From Candidatus Saccharimonadota bacterium (lineage in GTDB: Bacteria > Patescibacteriota > Gracilibacteria > UBA1369 > 2-02-FULL-48-14): a DNA stretch of 32,000 nt. The notes under the pieces were generated by a model. It did no database searches. It was given only the letters and a program-made list of their open reading frames with translations, and had not been told where the DNA came from. The position numbers were made by a program, and so were the translations under genes. Shown here piece after piece: positions 1 through 7,829 of the stretch. The DNA is taken from contig OZ246396.1 in the NCBI GenBank assembly GCA_965230905.1, positions 510,001 through 542,000 on the forward strand, in the 5' to 3' direction. Positions within the stretch are counted from its first letter, which is position 1. Every line of letters starts with the position of its first letter.

Positions 1-1
1 C

Positions 2-289
2 GAAACGGCGACGTATTACTTTGGCGCGTCTTCGAGCGCACACCGCGACAGCAAGGCGCCGTATTTGCTGCAGTGGACGGCCATTCGGGATGCACGGCGA
101 GCGGGTCTGAAGATGTATGACTTTTTGGGCGTGGCGCCGGAAGGCGATGAGCGGCATGCGTGGAGTGGTGTGACGCAATTTAAAACCCGCTTCGGTGGGA
201 AGCGGGTTTCGTATCATTCTTCGCAGGTTTTTGTGTTCAGGCCTTTTTGGTGGACGCTTTACCGGCTAGCCAAGTTGTTTAGGCTTTAG
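2..289 (+). CDS. FemAB-family peptidoglycan interpeptide-bridge aminoacyltransferase, C-terminal fragment (5' end lies outside the window)
   Basis: The frame is open from the window edge. It translates to ETATYYFGASSSAHRDSKAPYLLQWTAIRDARRAGLKMYDFLGV...FKTRFGG, which matches the conserved C-terminal block of the FemAB / lipid II glycyltransferase family. TAG stop at 287-289. Confidence 0.75.
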   Translation, partial: ETATYYFGASSSAHRDSKAPYLLQWTAIRDARRAGLKMYDFLGVAPEGDERHAWSGVTQFKTRFGGKRVSYHSSQVFVFRPFWWTLYRLAKLFRL

Positions 290-813
290 CCACGGCGTGG
301 TAGTTGGCTGGCCTTTAAATTGTCGTGTTTATACATTAGCCCCGCTGCTGGAGAGGTGTAGATGCTATTGAACGCAGCCTGAAGAGGTGCGGTTGCCTGT
401 TTCCACTCTGCGAGATTTTTAGCTTTATAGTATGTAACGCTGCCTCCTCGATTGCCGCCGAGTCCACGGTTGTGGTTAATATCAAGGTCCTGTCCCAGCT
501 GACTAGCAATTTCTTTTATAGCTGACTGACTTGGGATGGCTCCGGTTGTGGTGGTATCTCCGGTTAATGCTTCCTCTACGTCATGTCGTCCATGTTTTCC
601 CACAAGGGTCAGTATCGTCTGGGTATTTGTGTCAATGCTAAGCTCTCGATCTGAATCTTCAGACCCTTGACTGTCTTGAGTTGCGTCAGGTGACCAGCCG
701 AGTACATCTGCATTTATAGGTTCGTCTTCGCTGCTTCCTTCTACATCGGTTCCGTCTTTCATGGTATCTTGGTTAATTGTCAGTATTCTACGACTTTTTG
801 TACGAACTGTCAA
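286..813 (-). CDS. hypothetical protein with an acidic, Ser/Thr/Asp-rich N-terminal half; start uncertain (TTG at 813 or ATG at 762)
   Basis: 175-codon ORF immediately downstream of def on the same strand. I recognise no family. Its TAA stop overlaps the FemAB stop by 4 nt. Confidence 0.35.
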   Translation of the reverse strand: MTVRTKSRRILTINQDTMKDGTDVEGSSEDEPINADVLGWSPDATQDSQGSEDSDRELSIDTNTQTILTLVGKHGRHDVEEALTGDTTTTGAIPSQSAIKEIASQLGQDLDINHNRGLGGNRGGSVTYYKAKNLAEWKQATAPLQAAFNSIYTSPAAGLMYKHDNLKASQLPRRG

Positions 814-827
814 GTCGGCCGGCTAGG

Positions 828-1313
828 CTATTTCTTCTTTGGCTTCTTTTCTTCGATCTCGTGCGCGCGGTCGATGAAGAGTTTTCCATCTAAATGATCG
901 ACTTCGTGTTGAATGATGCGGGCGTTGAAATGGTCGAGGAGCAGGCTTTGTTCCTGGCCTTTAATATTCATGAAGCGGACCATCAAATGAGCGTGGCGCA
1001 TCACTTTTCCCCACATGCCGCGCAAGCTGAGGCAGCCTTCTTCACCGTCTTCCATTTCTTCGGAGGCGTCTACGATTTCTGGGTTGATGATGGGGAAGAC
1101 GATCTCGTTTTTTTCGCCGGGGTTGAGGCGCACAATTGCCATGCGAATGTTGCGGCCGCACTGGGGCGCCGCGATGCCTACGCCGTTTTCGGCGAACATG
1201 GTCTTGGTCATTTCTTGCGCGAATTTGCGGATTTCGGGCGTGACTTTAGCCACACGTTTGGAAACCGTGCGGAGGATAGTGTTATCGGAGCCTTTTTCAA
1301 CAGGAATTGCCAT
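828..1313 (-). CDS. def: peptide deformylase
   Basis: 161 aa carrying the three canonical deformylase motifs: GIAAPQCG, EGCLS and HEVDHLDG. Confidence 0.95.
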   Translation of the reverse strand: MAIPVEKGSDNTILRTVSKRVAKVTPEIRKFAQEMTKTMFAENGVGIAAPQCGRNIRMAIVRLNPGEKNEIVFPIINPEIVDASEEMEDGEEGCLSLRGMWGKVMRHAHLMVRFMNIKGQEQSLLLDHFNARIIQHEVDHLDGKLFIDRAHEIEEKKPKKK

Positions 1314-1333
1314 GATGCAAGGACTTTAGCAGG

Positions 1334-1519
1334 TCAGCGGATGGTCGGCAATCCGTCCTTCTTTTCTTCGTTTAGTTCAGCGAAACCCTTTTCGAAAATT
1401 CGCTTAACGGCAATCGTTATAAGGAGGATAGCGCGCGCATGGCCCACGGGGTCTTTAACTACACTACGCAGGATGGGGCCGTTTCGTTTTGTGGCTTCTT
1501 GAACGGGTGCTTCTTCCAT
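1334..1519 (-). CDS. small hypothetical protein (61 aa)
   Basis: Fills the gap between the upstream small ORF and def on the same strand (20-22 nt spacers). No recognisable motif. Confidence 0.3.
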   Translation of the reverse strand: MEEAPVQEATKRNGPILRSVVKDPVGHARAILLITIAVKRIFEKGFAELNEEKKDGLPTIR

Positions 1520-1541
1520 TTTATATAGAGGTGGGCTGGGC

Positions 1542-1736
1542 TTATTGTTTTGACTCTGTGGGCCCTACCTTAGCTGTGGAAAGGATCTGTTGAGCCCTCT
1601 GCTCTATAAAACGAGCGAACTGAGCTGAATTCGCTCCAGCCTGAAGAGCAGGGGCTCCGGTTGGAGCGCTAGCACTCAAGAGTTGTGTTAGGGTTGGTTG
1701 GGAGATAAGAGCGTGGTCTTGTTTGAGTGCGGTCAT
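1542..1736 (-). CDS. small hypothetical protein (64 aa, Ala/Gln-rich)
   Basis: Starts 9 nt after the prfB stop on the same strand. No recognisable motif. Confidence 0.3.
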   Translation of the reverse strand: MTALKQDHALISQPTLTQLLSASAPTGAPALQAGANSAQFARFIEQRAQQILSTAKVGPTESKQ

Positions 1737-1745
1737 AGGATTGGT

Positions 1746-2831
1746 TTAAGGCTTGGATTTTAGACTGGCTTCTATGAATCCGTCAAGGTCTCCGTTGAGG
1801 ACTTTGTCCACTTGGCTGGTTTCGTAATCGGTGCGGTGGTCTTTAACCATTTGATAGGGCTGGAGAACATAGGAGCGGATTTGGTTGCCCCAGGAGTGCT
1901 GCACGTGGTCGCCGCGGATTTCTTGGATGGTGTCGAGGTGGTTTTGTTCCTGCAGGGCGAGGAGTTTGGTCTTCAGAGTTTTAAGGGCGTTTTCGCGGTT
2001 TTGAACCTGGCTGCGCTCGGTTTGGCAGGCTACGGAAAGGCCGCTGGGGATGTGCGTGACGCGGGCGGCCGTGCTGGTTTTGTTCACGTTTTGTCCTCCG
2101 GCGCCGCCGGCACGGAAAAAGTCCCACTCTAAATCGTCGTCACGAATTTCCAGCTCCACCTCCTCCATTTCGGGCACCACTTCCACCATGGCAAAAGACG
2201 TTTCGCGGCTTTGCTTGGCGTTGAACGGCGAGAGGCGCACCAGGCGGTGCACACCGTGTTCGTGTTTTAAGTAACCGTAGGCGTAGGCTCCTTCCACCCG
2301 GAAGGAGGCGGATTTTATGCCCGCTTCTTCGGCGGGGGACAGATCCAGTTGAGTGGTTTTCCAGCCGCGGTTTTCACAAAAACGCAGGTACATGCGCATC
2401 AGCATTTCGGCAAAATCCTGGGCGTCCACGCCGCCGGTTCCAGCGTGGAAGGTGAGTATCGCGTCTTTGGCGTCGTAGGGGCCGCTGAGGTAGAGCTCGA
2501 TGCTGAGGCGGCTATGGAGTTTTTCGGCTTCTTGCGTATCGGCGGCGATTTGTTTGGCGCTGTCCGCATCTGCAGCATCGATCATTTCGTTGAGGTCGAG
2601 GAGGTTTGCGGTGTCGTGCTCGAGTTTTTCCCAAGATTCAATAATATCGCGGATGAAGCCGGCCTCTTTGGAGATGCGCTGCGCGCGTGCTTGGTCGTTC
2701 CAAAAATCCTGCGCGGACATGTCTTTTTCAAGATCCGCGAGTTTGGACTTTTTGGCGGGTAGCGCCAAGTGTTCGAGGGATTTCTTCACCTCGTCTTGGA
2801 GCAGGAGCAGCCGATCTTTGATTTCTTGCAT
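1746..2831 (-). CDS. prfB: peptide chain release factor 2, contiguous ORF with no programmed +1 frameshift
   Basis: The SPF tripeptide (RLSPFNAK) and the GGQ motif (GAGGQNVNKTSTAARVTHIPSG) are present. I place the start at ATG 2831 (MQEIKDRLL...), giving 361 aa. The 19 extra codons in the ORF track look non-native. Confidence 0.93.
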   Translation of the reverse strand: MQEIKDRLLLLQDEVKKSLEHLALPAKKSKLADLEKDMSAQDFWNDQARAQRISKEAGFIRDIIESWEKLEHDTANLLDLNEMIDAADADSAKQIAADTQEAEKLHSRLSIELYLSGPYDAKDAILTFHAGTGGVDAQDFAEMLMRMYLRFCENRGWKTTQLDLSPAEEAGIKSASFRVEGAYAYGYLKHEHGVHRLVRLSPFNAKQSRETSFAMVEVVPEMEEVELEIRDDDLEWDFFRAGGAGGQNVNKTSTAARVTHIPSGLSVACQTERSQVQNRENALKTLKTKLLALQEQNHLDTIQEIRGDHVQHSWGNQIRSYVLQPYQMVKDHRTDYETSQVDKVLNGDLDGFIEASLKSKP

Positions 2832-2856
2832 CACGAGGCCTAGAATACCCTGCGAT

Positions 2857-4341
2857 ATGTCTACCGCAAAGAAAATCCTCAGCAACACCGCCGTTCAGGT
2901 GTTTGGCCGCGCCATTATGGCCGTGCTCAGCATTGTGATTTTAAAAATCATTGCGCATTTTTTGAGTGTGGAGGGTTATGGAATGTACACGGCGGTTTAC
3001 GAGTTTTTGGCTTTCTTTGGGATTGCCGCGGACCTCGGACTCTTCACCATTGCGGTGCGGGAAATGAGCAAGGGTGAACGAGACAAGACCTTTATTGCGA
3101 ACAATATTTTGGGGATGCGGATGACGATGGGGGCCATAATGATGGCGCTGGCGAGCGTGGCGGCTTTTGTGATTCCCGCGTACCAAGGAACCTACATTCC
3201 CATGGGCGTGGCGATTGCGTCTATTTCTGTGTTTTTGGCCATTATGCACGGCACGGTTTCCAGCGTGCTGCAGGTGGAGCTGAAGATGCAGCACTCCACG
3301 TGGGGTCTGGTGCTGGGGAAACTATTTTCGCTGGCGTGGATGGTTGGTGTGATCTTTTACTTTTTCCAAGACGAACCTTCGCAGGAGGCGTTCAATCAGC
3401 TGATGGTCGCTGGGGTGGTGGGGAATTTGATCTCATTTTTGTACACTTTTTACTTTGCACTCAAGGTGCAAAAAATTCGTCCGCAGTTCACTAAGCAGTA
3501 TTGGAAAGAAATTGCTATTACGGCGGCGCCGTATGGAACCGCGCTTATTCTCAACATGGTGTATTTCCGCGTGAGCAGTTTGATGCTGCTCTTTATTGAT
3601 GGGCCCAAAGAGCTGGGGTACCTGGGGCCCGCCATGCGGATTTTGGAGATTTTGAACGTGATCCCCGTGTATTTTATGAACAGTGTTTTGCCGGTGCTTT
3701 CGCGCGCCGTGCGGGAGGGGAGCTCGCAGGTGGAACGGATTGTGCAGCTGTCCTTCAACTTTTTGTTCATGACGGCGCTGCCCATGTCCGTGGGGCTGTA
3801 TTTGCTGGCGTACCCCATTATTTTCCTCATCACACAACCGGAGTTTTTGAGCGATTTGCCTAACGGCGTTTATGGCTCCGATTACGCCCTGCGAATTTTG
3901 GTGCTGGCGATGTTCTTTTCTTTCCTCAACAGCACCTTCAACTACTCGCTGATTTCGCTCGGCAAACAAAATCATTTGCTGTGGATCAACGGAAGCGCGG
4001 CCGTGCTCAACATTGCTGTGAATTCTTTCCTGATTCCGGCCTACGGGTTCCGCGGGGCGTGCTGGACCAGCGTGGGCGTGGAACTCTTTATTCTGATTCT
4101 TTCGTACAGTGTGGCGCGGCGCCATATCCGTTACCGTTTTGACTTGTGGGCGCTATTTAAGACCGCGTTGGCCGGGCTGCTCATGGGCGCCGCGGTTTAC
4201 TATCTAAAAGACCCCACCTATAAGTTATGGGGGCTCCAGAATTTGAATGTGATTGTGTTGGCGGGCGGCGGGGCGGTTCTGTACGCCGGGCTACTGTATA
4301 TATTTAGAGCGATTCCTGAAGAATTCCGTTCCAAAGTATGA
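2857..4341 (+). CDS. MOP-superfamily polysaccharide/oligosaccharide flippase (Wzx/MurJ-like), polytopic membrane protein
   Basis: Start at ATG 2857 (MSTAKKILSNTAVQVFGRAIMAVLSIVILKIIAHFLSVEGYGMY...), giving 494 aa with many hydrophobic helices, typical of the polysaccharide biosynthesis protein family. The upstream part of the 613-aa ORF is antisense to prfB. Confidence 0.8.
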   Translation: MSTAKKILSNTAVQVFGRAIMAVLSIVILKIIAHFLSVEGYGMYTAVYEFLAFFGIAADLGLFTIAVREMSKGERDKTFIANNILGMRMTMGAIMMALASVAAFVIPAYQGTYIPMGVAIASISVFLAIMHGTVSSVLQVELKMQHSTWGLVLGKLFSLAWMVGVIFYFFQDEPSQEAFNQLMVAGVVGNLISFLYTFYFALKVQKIRPQFTKQYWKEIAITAAPYGTALILNMVYFRVSSLMLLFIDGPKELGYLGPAMRILEILNVIPVYFMNSVLPVLSRAVREGSSQVERIVQLSFNFLFMTALPMSVGLYLLAYPIIFLITQPEFLSDLPNGVYGSDYALRILVLAMFFSFLNSTFNYSLISLGKQNHLLWINGSAAVLNIAVNSFLIPAYGFRGACWTSVGVELFILILSYSVARRHIRYRFDLWALFKTALAGLLMGAAVYYLKDPTYKLWGLQNLNVIVLAGGGAVLYAGLLYIFRAIPEEFRSKV

Positions 4342-4423
4342 GCCTGGACTTGGGGGGCGGTTTTCGCTAAAGTGCTCCTGTAAACAAAACTCGAGGGAAG
4401 AAGACTCGTTTAATTGTACCTAG

Positions 4424-6229
4424 ATGAACAAACTTGATAAATTGTCGGAATGGCTTAGAGATGCGGTGCAGGGCGGGAGCAAGGCTCCGCTGGTTTCGCA
4501 GACCGAGCAAAAAAAACAGCACGCCGCCCAACCGGAGGCGATAAAAAAGACGCGGGGGCCGGCCATTCATCCTAAAACGCTGCGGGCTATTCCTATTGGA
4601 GGACTGGAGGAGGTGGGAAAGAACGCCATGATTTTTGAGTATGAGAACGACATTGTGGTGATTGATATGGGGTTCCAGTTCCCGGAAGATGAACTCTTTG
4701 GGGTGGACTATATTATTCCGGATATTCAGTACCTCGTGCAGCGCAAGGAGCGCATCCGGGGGATTTTGATTACGCACGGACACTTGGACCACATTGGCGC
4801 GCTTCCTTATGTACTGCCGGATTTGGGGTTCCCAACGGTGTATGGATCGCCGCTCACGCTGGGCCTCGTGCAAAAGCAGCTCGAGGAACACAAGCTGGTG
4901 AAGCACACGCGCTTTAAGGTAGTGGACAATAAACAGACGTATCAGCTCGGGGCGATGCAGGCGGAATTTTTCCGGGTGAATCACTCGATTCCGGATGCGA
5001 TGGGAATTTATTTACGCAGCCCGGCTGGAAATATTATTCACACGGGAGACTTTAAGTTTGATTTCACACCCGCCGATGGACTTGATGCCGACATTAAGAA
5101 ATTGGGCGAAATTGGGAAACGCGGAGTGAATATTTTGTTTTCGGACAGCACGGGGGCTCTTAAGCCGGGGCACACGCTTTCGGAAAGAATGGTGGCGGAG
5201 AGCCTGGAGTACGCGATCATGAACGCCAAAGGGCGCATTGTGATTGCCTCTTTTGCTTCCTTGATCGGACGCATCCAACAGATTCTACAGTTTGCTCAAA
5301 AGTATGGGCGAAAGGTGTTCCTCTCTGGGGGAAGTCTGGAGGCCAACTTTGAAATCGCGAAAAAACTTGGGTTTTTAAAATTTCCGGCCGAACTGGTGCA
5401 CAGCATTCGTGAGGTGAACAAATACGACGAGCGAAATGTGCTTATTTTGAGTACAGGGGGGCAGGGAGAGCCGATGGCGGCGCTGAGCCGCATGGCTACG
5501 AACGCTCACGCACAGGTGAAGATTCACGAGGGTGATACGGTGGTGATGTCTTCATCGCCGATTCCGGGGAATGAACGGCAGGTGCAATTTTTGGTGGACT
5601 GTCTGGCCCGCATGGGAGCGAAAGTGATCCACAACCAACTGGCCGACGTGCACGCGTCCGGGCACGGGCAGCAGGAGGATTTGAAGCTTATGATGAGCCT
5701 GGCGCGGCCGGAGCACTTGGTGCCGGTGCACGGGAACTTTTATATGCGCCGCGCGCACGGGGACTTGGTGCCGGATGTGGGAATCCCTTTAGAGAATGCG
5801 CACATGCTGGACAACGGGCACGTGATTGAGTTGAAGGATGGAAAGGTGGCGATGAAGAAAGAAGATATTAAAGTGAGGTACGTTGTGGTGGACGGGCTAG
5901 GAACGGGAGATTTGGGGTCACAGGTGCTGAAGGAGCGTGAAACCATGGCCCAGAACGGTCTGGTGAGCGTTACGATTAAGATGAGTCACGGAAAAGTGAT
6001 GGGTGCGCCTTTTATACAACTCCGTGGATTTTTGGCCGGAAAGGACATGGAAAAGAACATGAAAGAAATGGATAAAAAGGTGCGAGACAGCATTTTAAAA
6101 CTGCAGAAACGGAATGGGAAACCCAGCGTGCACGACTACGAAAATGTGATTCGCAGCGATTTAGCGGGTTACGTTGTGCAAAAGTTCAATAAACGGCCCC
6201 TGATCCTACCTGTTGTGGTGTTTATGTAG
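4424..6229 (+). CDS. rnj: ribonuclease J (metallo-beta-lactamase / beta-CASP family)
   Basis: IPIGGLEEVGKNAMIFEY, the HGHLDHIGALPY zinc motif, and beta-CASP and C-terminal domains at the typical size. It carries an extra basic N-terminal extension of about 50 aa. Confidence 0.9.
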   Translation: MNKLDKLSEWLRDAVQGGSKAPLVSQTEQKKQHAAQPEAIKKTRGPAIHPKTLRAIPIGGLEEVGKNAMIFEYENDIVVIDMGFQFPEDELFGVDYIIPDIQYLVQRKERIRGILITHGHLDHIGALPYVLPDLGFPTVYGSPLTLGLVQKQLEEHKLVKHTRFKVVDNKQTYQLGAMQAEFFRVNHSIPDAMGIYLRSPAGNIIHTGDFKFDFTPADGLDADIKKLGEIGKRGVNILFSDSTGALKPGHTLSERMVAESLEYAIMNAKGRIVIASFASLIGRIQQILQFAQKYGRKVFLSGGSLEANFEIAKKLGFLKFPAELVHSIREVNKYDERNVLILSTGGQGEPMAALSRMATNAHAQVKIHEGDTVVMSSSPIPGNERQVQFLVDCLARMGAKVIHNQLADVHASGHGQQEDLKLMMSLARPEHLVPVHGNFYMRRAHGDLVPDVGIPLENAHMLDNGHVIELKDGKVAMKKEDIKVRYVVVDGLGTGDLGSQVLKERETMAQNGLVSVTIKMSHGKVMGAPFIQLRGFLAGKDMEKNMKEMDKKVRDSILKLQKRNGKPSVHDYENVIRSDLAGYVVQKFNKRPLILPVVVFM

Positions 6230-6232
6230 GAC

Positions 6233-6309
6233 GGTGCAAAACCTTTGTGCAATTGTGCATAAGTGGTGCAAACGGGCTTTTTGCGATGTGCACAATGCGG
6301 TGTGCATAA
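6233..6309 (+). repeat. array of six same-orientation 9-mers of the form (T/G)GTGCA(A/T/C)A(A/T/C), the reverse complement of the TTATGCACA type
   Basis: GGTGCAAAA 6233-6241, TGTGCAATT 6246-6254, TGTGCATAA 6254-6262, GGTGCAAAC 6265-6273, TGTGCACAA 6287-6295, TGTGCATAA 6301-6309. Confidence 0.8.
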
Positions 6310-6392
6310 AGGGTGCTTTTGGCTTGTGAGTTTTGAATTTTTGTTTTGAAGTTTGTCAGTTTTCGAAGGGGCTTTGCAGAGGTTTTGAACTT

Positions 6393-6455
6393 TTTTGCAC
6401 GGTTTTACACGAGTTATGCACAGGTTTTCCATTTAACAGATCTAAGTTTTGCACA
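6393..6455 (+). repeat. array of four 9-mers in the opposite orientation (TTWTRCACR)
   Basis: TTTTGCACG 6393-6401, TTTTACACG 6403-6411, TTATGCACA 6414-6422, TTTTGCACA 6447-6455. The first three are spaced 10-11 bp apart. Confidence 0.75.
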
Positions 6456-6542
6456 ATTGACGGATTTGAATCTATAGAGATTGTCTACTTTAGACAGAAA
6501 AAGTGGTGAAAATACATTAAAAGTGGGGGGCAAGGCAAGGCC

Positions 6543-6600
6543 TTACTATTAATAACTACTGTTTTATATAATTAATCATTAATTAGAAAATTGCTTATAG
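6543..6600. other. AT-rich tract, candidate DNA unwinding element
   Basis: 9 G/C in 58 nt, with ATTAAT three times (6548-6553, 6571-6576, 6578-6583). It lies about 50 nt upstream of the dnaN start. Confidence 0.5.
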
Positions 6601-6647
6601 ACACATGAAAAGAAATTTGGTTTTATGGATGGGATTTCCCAACTCTT

Positions 6648-7757
6648 ATGAAACTTTCTTGCTCTCAAGCCGACCTCGCTCTGGCTCTTTCTCTGGTGAA
6701 CCGTGCGGTGAGTCCCAACAATACTTTGCCCGTACTGAATAATATTTTGGTGAAAGCGGAAGGAAAACGATTGTTTTTATGTGCGACCAATCTGGAAATT
6801 GCGATCAGTGCGTCTTTTGATGCGGATGTGCAAAACGAAGGAACGCTCACAGTTCCGGCAAAGGTTATGAGCAGTTATGTGAGTCTACTTCAGGAAACAA
6901 ATGTGGAATTGGCGGTTTTGAATGGTAATACCATGGCGGTGAAGACAGCTGGATCTGAAAGTAAGATGAAAGGAATTTCCAGTGAGGAGTTTCCTCTTTT
7001 GCCTAAACTAGACAATCCCACGGTATTTACTTTGCCGGTGGAAGAACTCAAGGCTGCTATTGAACAAGTGGTGTTTGCTGCGTCTACCAATATTTCACGG
7101 CCGGTTTTAACAGGTCTGTATTGGAAGATTGATGGGAAGACTTTGAAGCTTGTGGCCACCGACAGTTACCGATTGGGAGAGAAGACGGTGGAACTCACGG
7201 AAGCGGCCGCTGGCGACGTTTCGTTTATTGTGCCCGCTAAGACTGCGCAGGAACTTTCTAAGATTTTGGAAAGTGCTAAGGAAAAGACTTTTGAGGTGCG
7301 AATAGGTAAGGGGCAGATTTTATTTAAGGTGGGGGGAGTGGAGCTGATGAGTAGGCTTATTGAAGGGAATTTCCCGGATTACGAAAAGATTTTACCTAAG
7401 GAAATTAAGACCACCTTGGCGATTTCGAACGAAGCTTTCACCCTGGCGCTCAAAAAGCTGAGCGTGATTGTGCGAGAAAATAACAACAATGTGAAGGTGC
7501 GGAGTGAAAAGGATAAACTGCTGATTTTTAGCGACGAAACTCAGGTTGGACAGGGGGCTTGTGAGGTTCAGGCCATTGGAAACACCAGCGGCGAAATCAT
7601 TGAAACGGCGCTCAATGTGCAATACCTGCTGGACGTGCTCTCACACCTGAAAGACCCCGATGTGCATTTTGGCTTGAACGACGGACTTTCTCCTGTTATG
7701 GTAACGCCGGCCCAAGCGAGCGGGTATTTGCATATAATTATGCCGCTCAAAATTTAG
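6648..7757 (+). CDS. dnaN: DNA polymerase III beta subunit (sliding clamp)
   Basis: 369 aa. The N-terminus MKLSCSQADLALALSLVNRAVSPNNTLPVLNNILVKAEGKRLFLCATNLEIAIS is typical of DnaN, and the length fits three domains. Confidence 0.93.
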   Translation: MKLSCSQADLALALSLVNRAVSPNNTLPVLNNILVKAEGKRLFLCATNLEIAISASFDADVQNEGTLTVPAKVMSSYVSLLQETNVELAVLNGNTMAVKTAGSESKMKGISSEEFPLLPKLDNPTVFTLPVEELKAAIEQVVFAASTNISRPVLTGLYWKIDGKTLKLVATDSYRLGEKTVELTEAAAGDVSFIVPAKTAQELSKILESAKEKTFEVRIGKGQILFKVGGVELMSRLIEGNFPDYEKILPKEIKTTLAISNEAFTLALKKLSVIVRENNNNVKVRSEKDKLLIFSDETQVGQGACEVQAIGNTSGEIIETALNVQYLLDVLSHLKDPDVHFGLNDGLSPVMVTPAQASGYLHIIMPLKI

Positions 7758-7829
7758 GTGCCCAGGCGAACCCGAAGGGTTTGCTAACAAGAAGGTGGCG
7801 AAAGCCACATCATAACTTTTTAGAGTCTC

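Larger units (their letters stand above)
6230..6647. other. putative chromosomal replication origin (oriC): two opposed DnaA-box-like arrays plus an AT-rich unwinding element, upstream of dnaN
   Basis: It is the only long non-coding gap in the window and lies next to dnaN. It holds at least 10 copies of a TTATGCACA-like 9-mer in two orientations. A 58-nt tract (6543-6600) has only 9 G/C by my count. Confidence 0.6.

Noticed and set aside
2500-2856. N-terminal 119 codons of the 613-aa flippase ORF
   Set aside because: This stretch is antisense to prfB and is Ser/Ala/Cys-rich with no membrane character. The flippase-like sequence begins at ATG 2857.
1746-2888. Programmed +1 frameshift in prfB
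   Set aside because: The RF2 reading frame is continuous from MQEIKD through the region where the CUU UGA C shift site would lie, so no frameshift is needed.
7766-7808. Two small hairpins after dnaN (GCGAACCC-GAA-GGGTTTGC at 7766-7784; GTGGC-GAAA-GCCAC at 7795-7808) as an intrinsic terminator
   Set aside because: The stems are short, the first loop is only 3 nt, and the only T-run (7817-7821) lies 8 nt beyond the second stem. This is not a convincing terminator. It may be an mRNA structural element or nothing.
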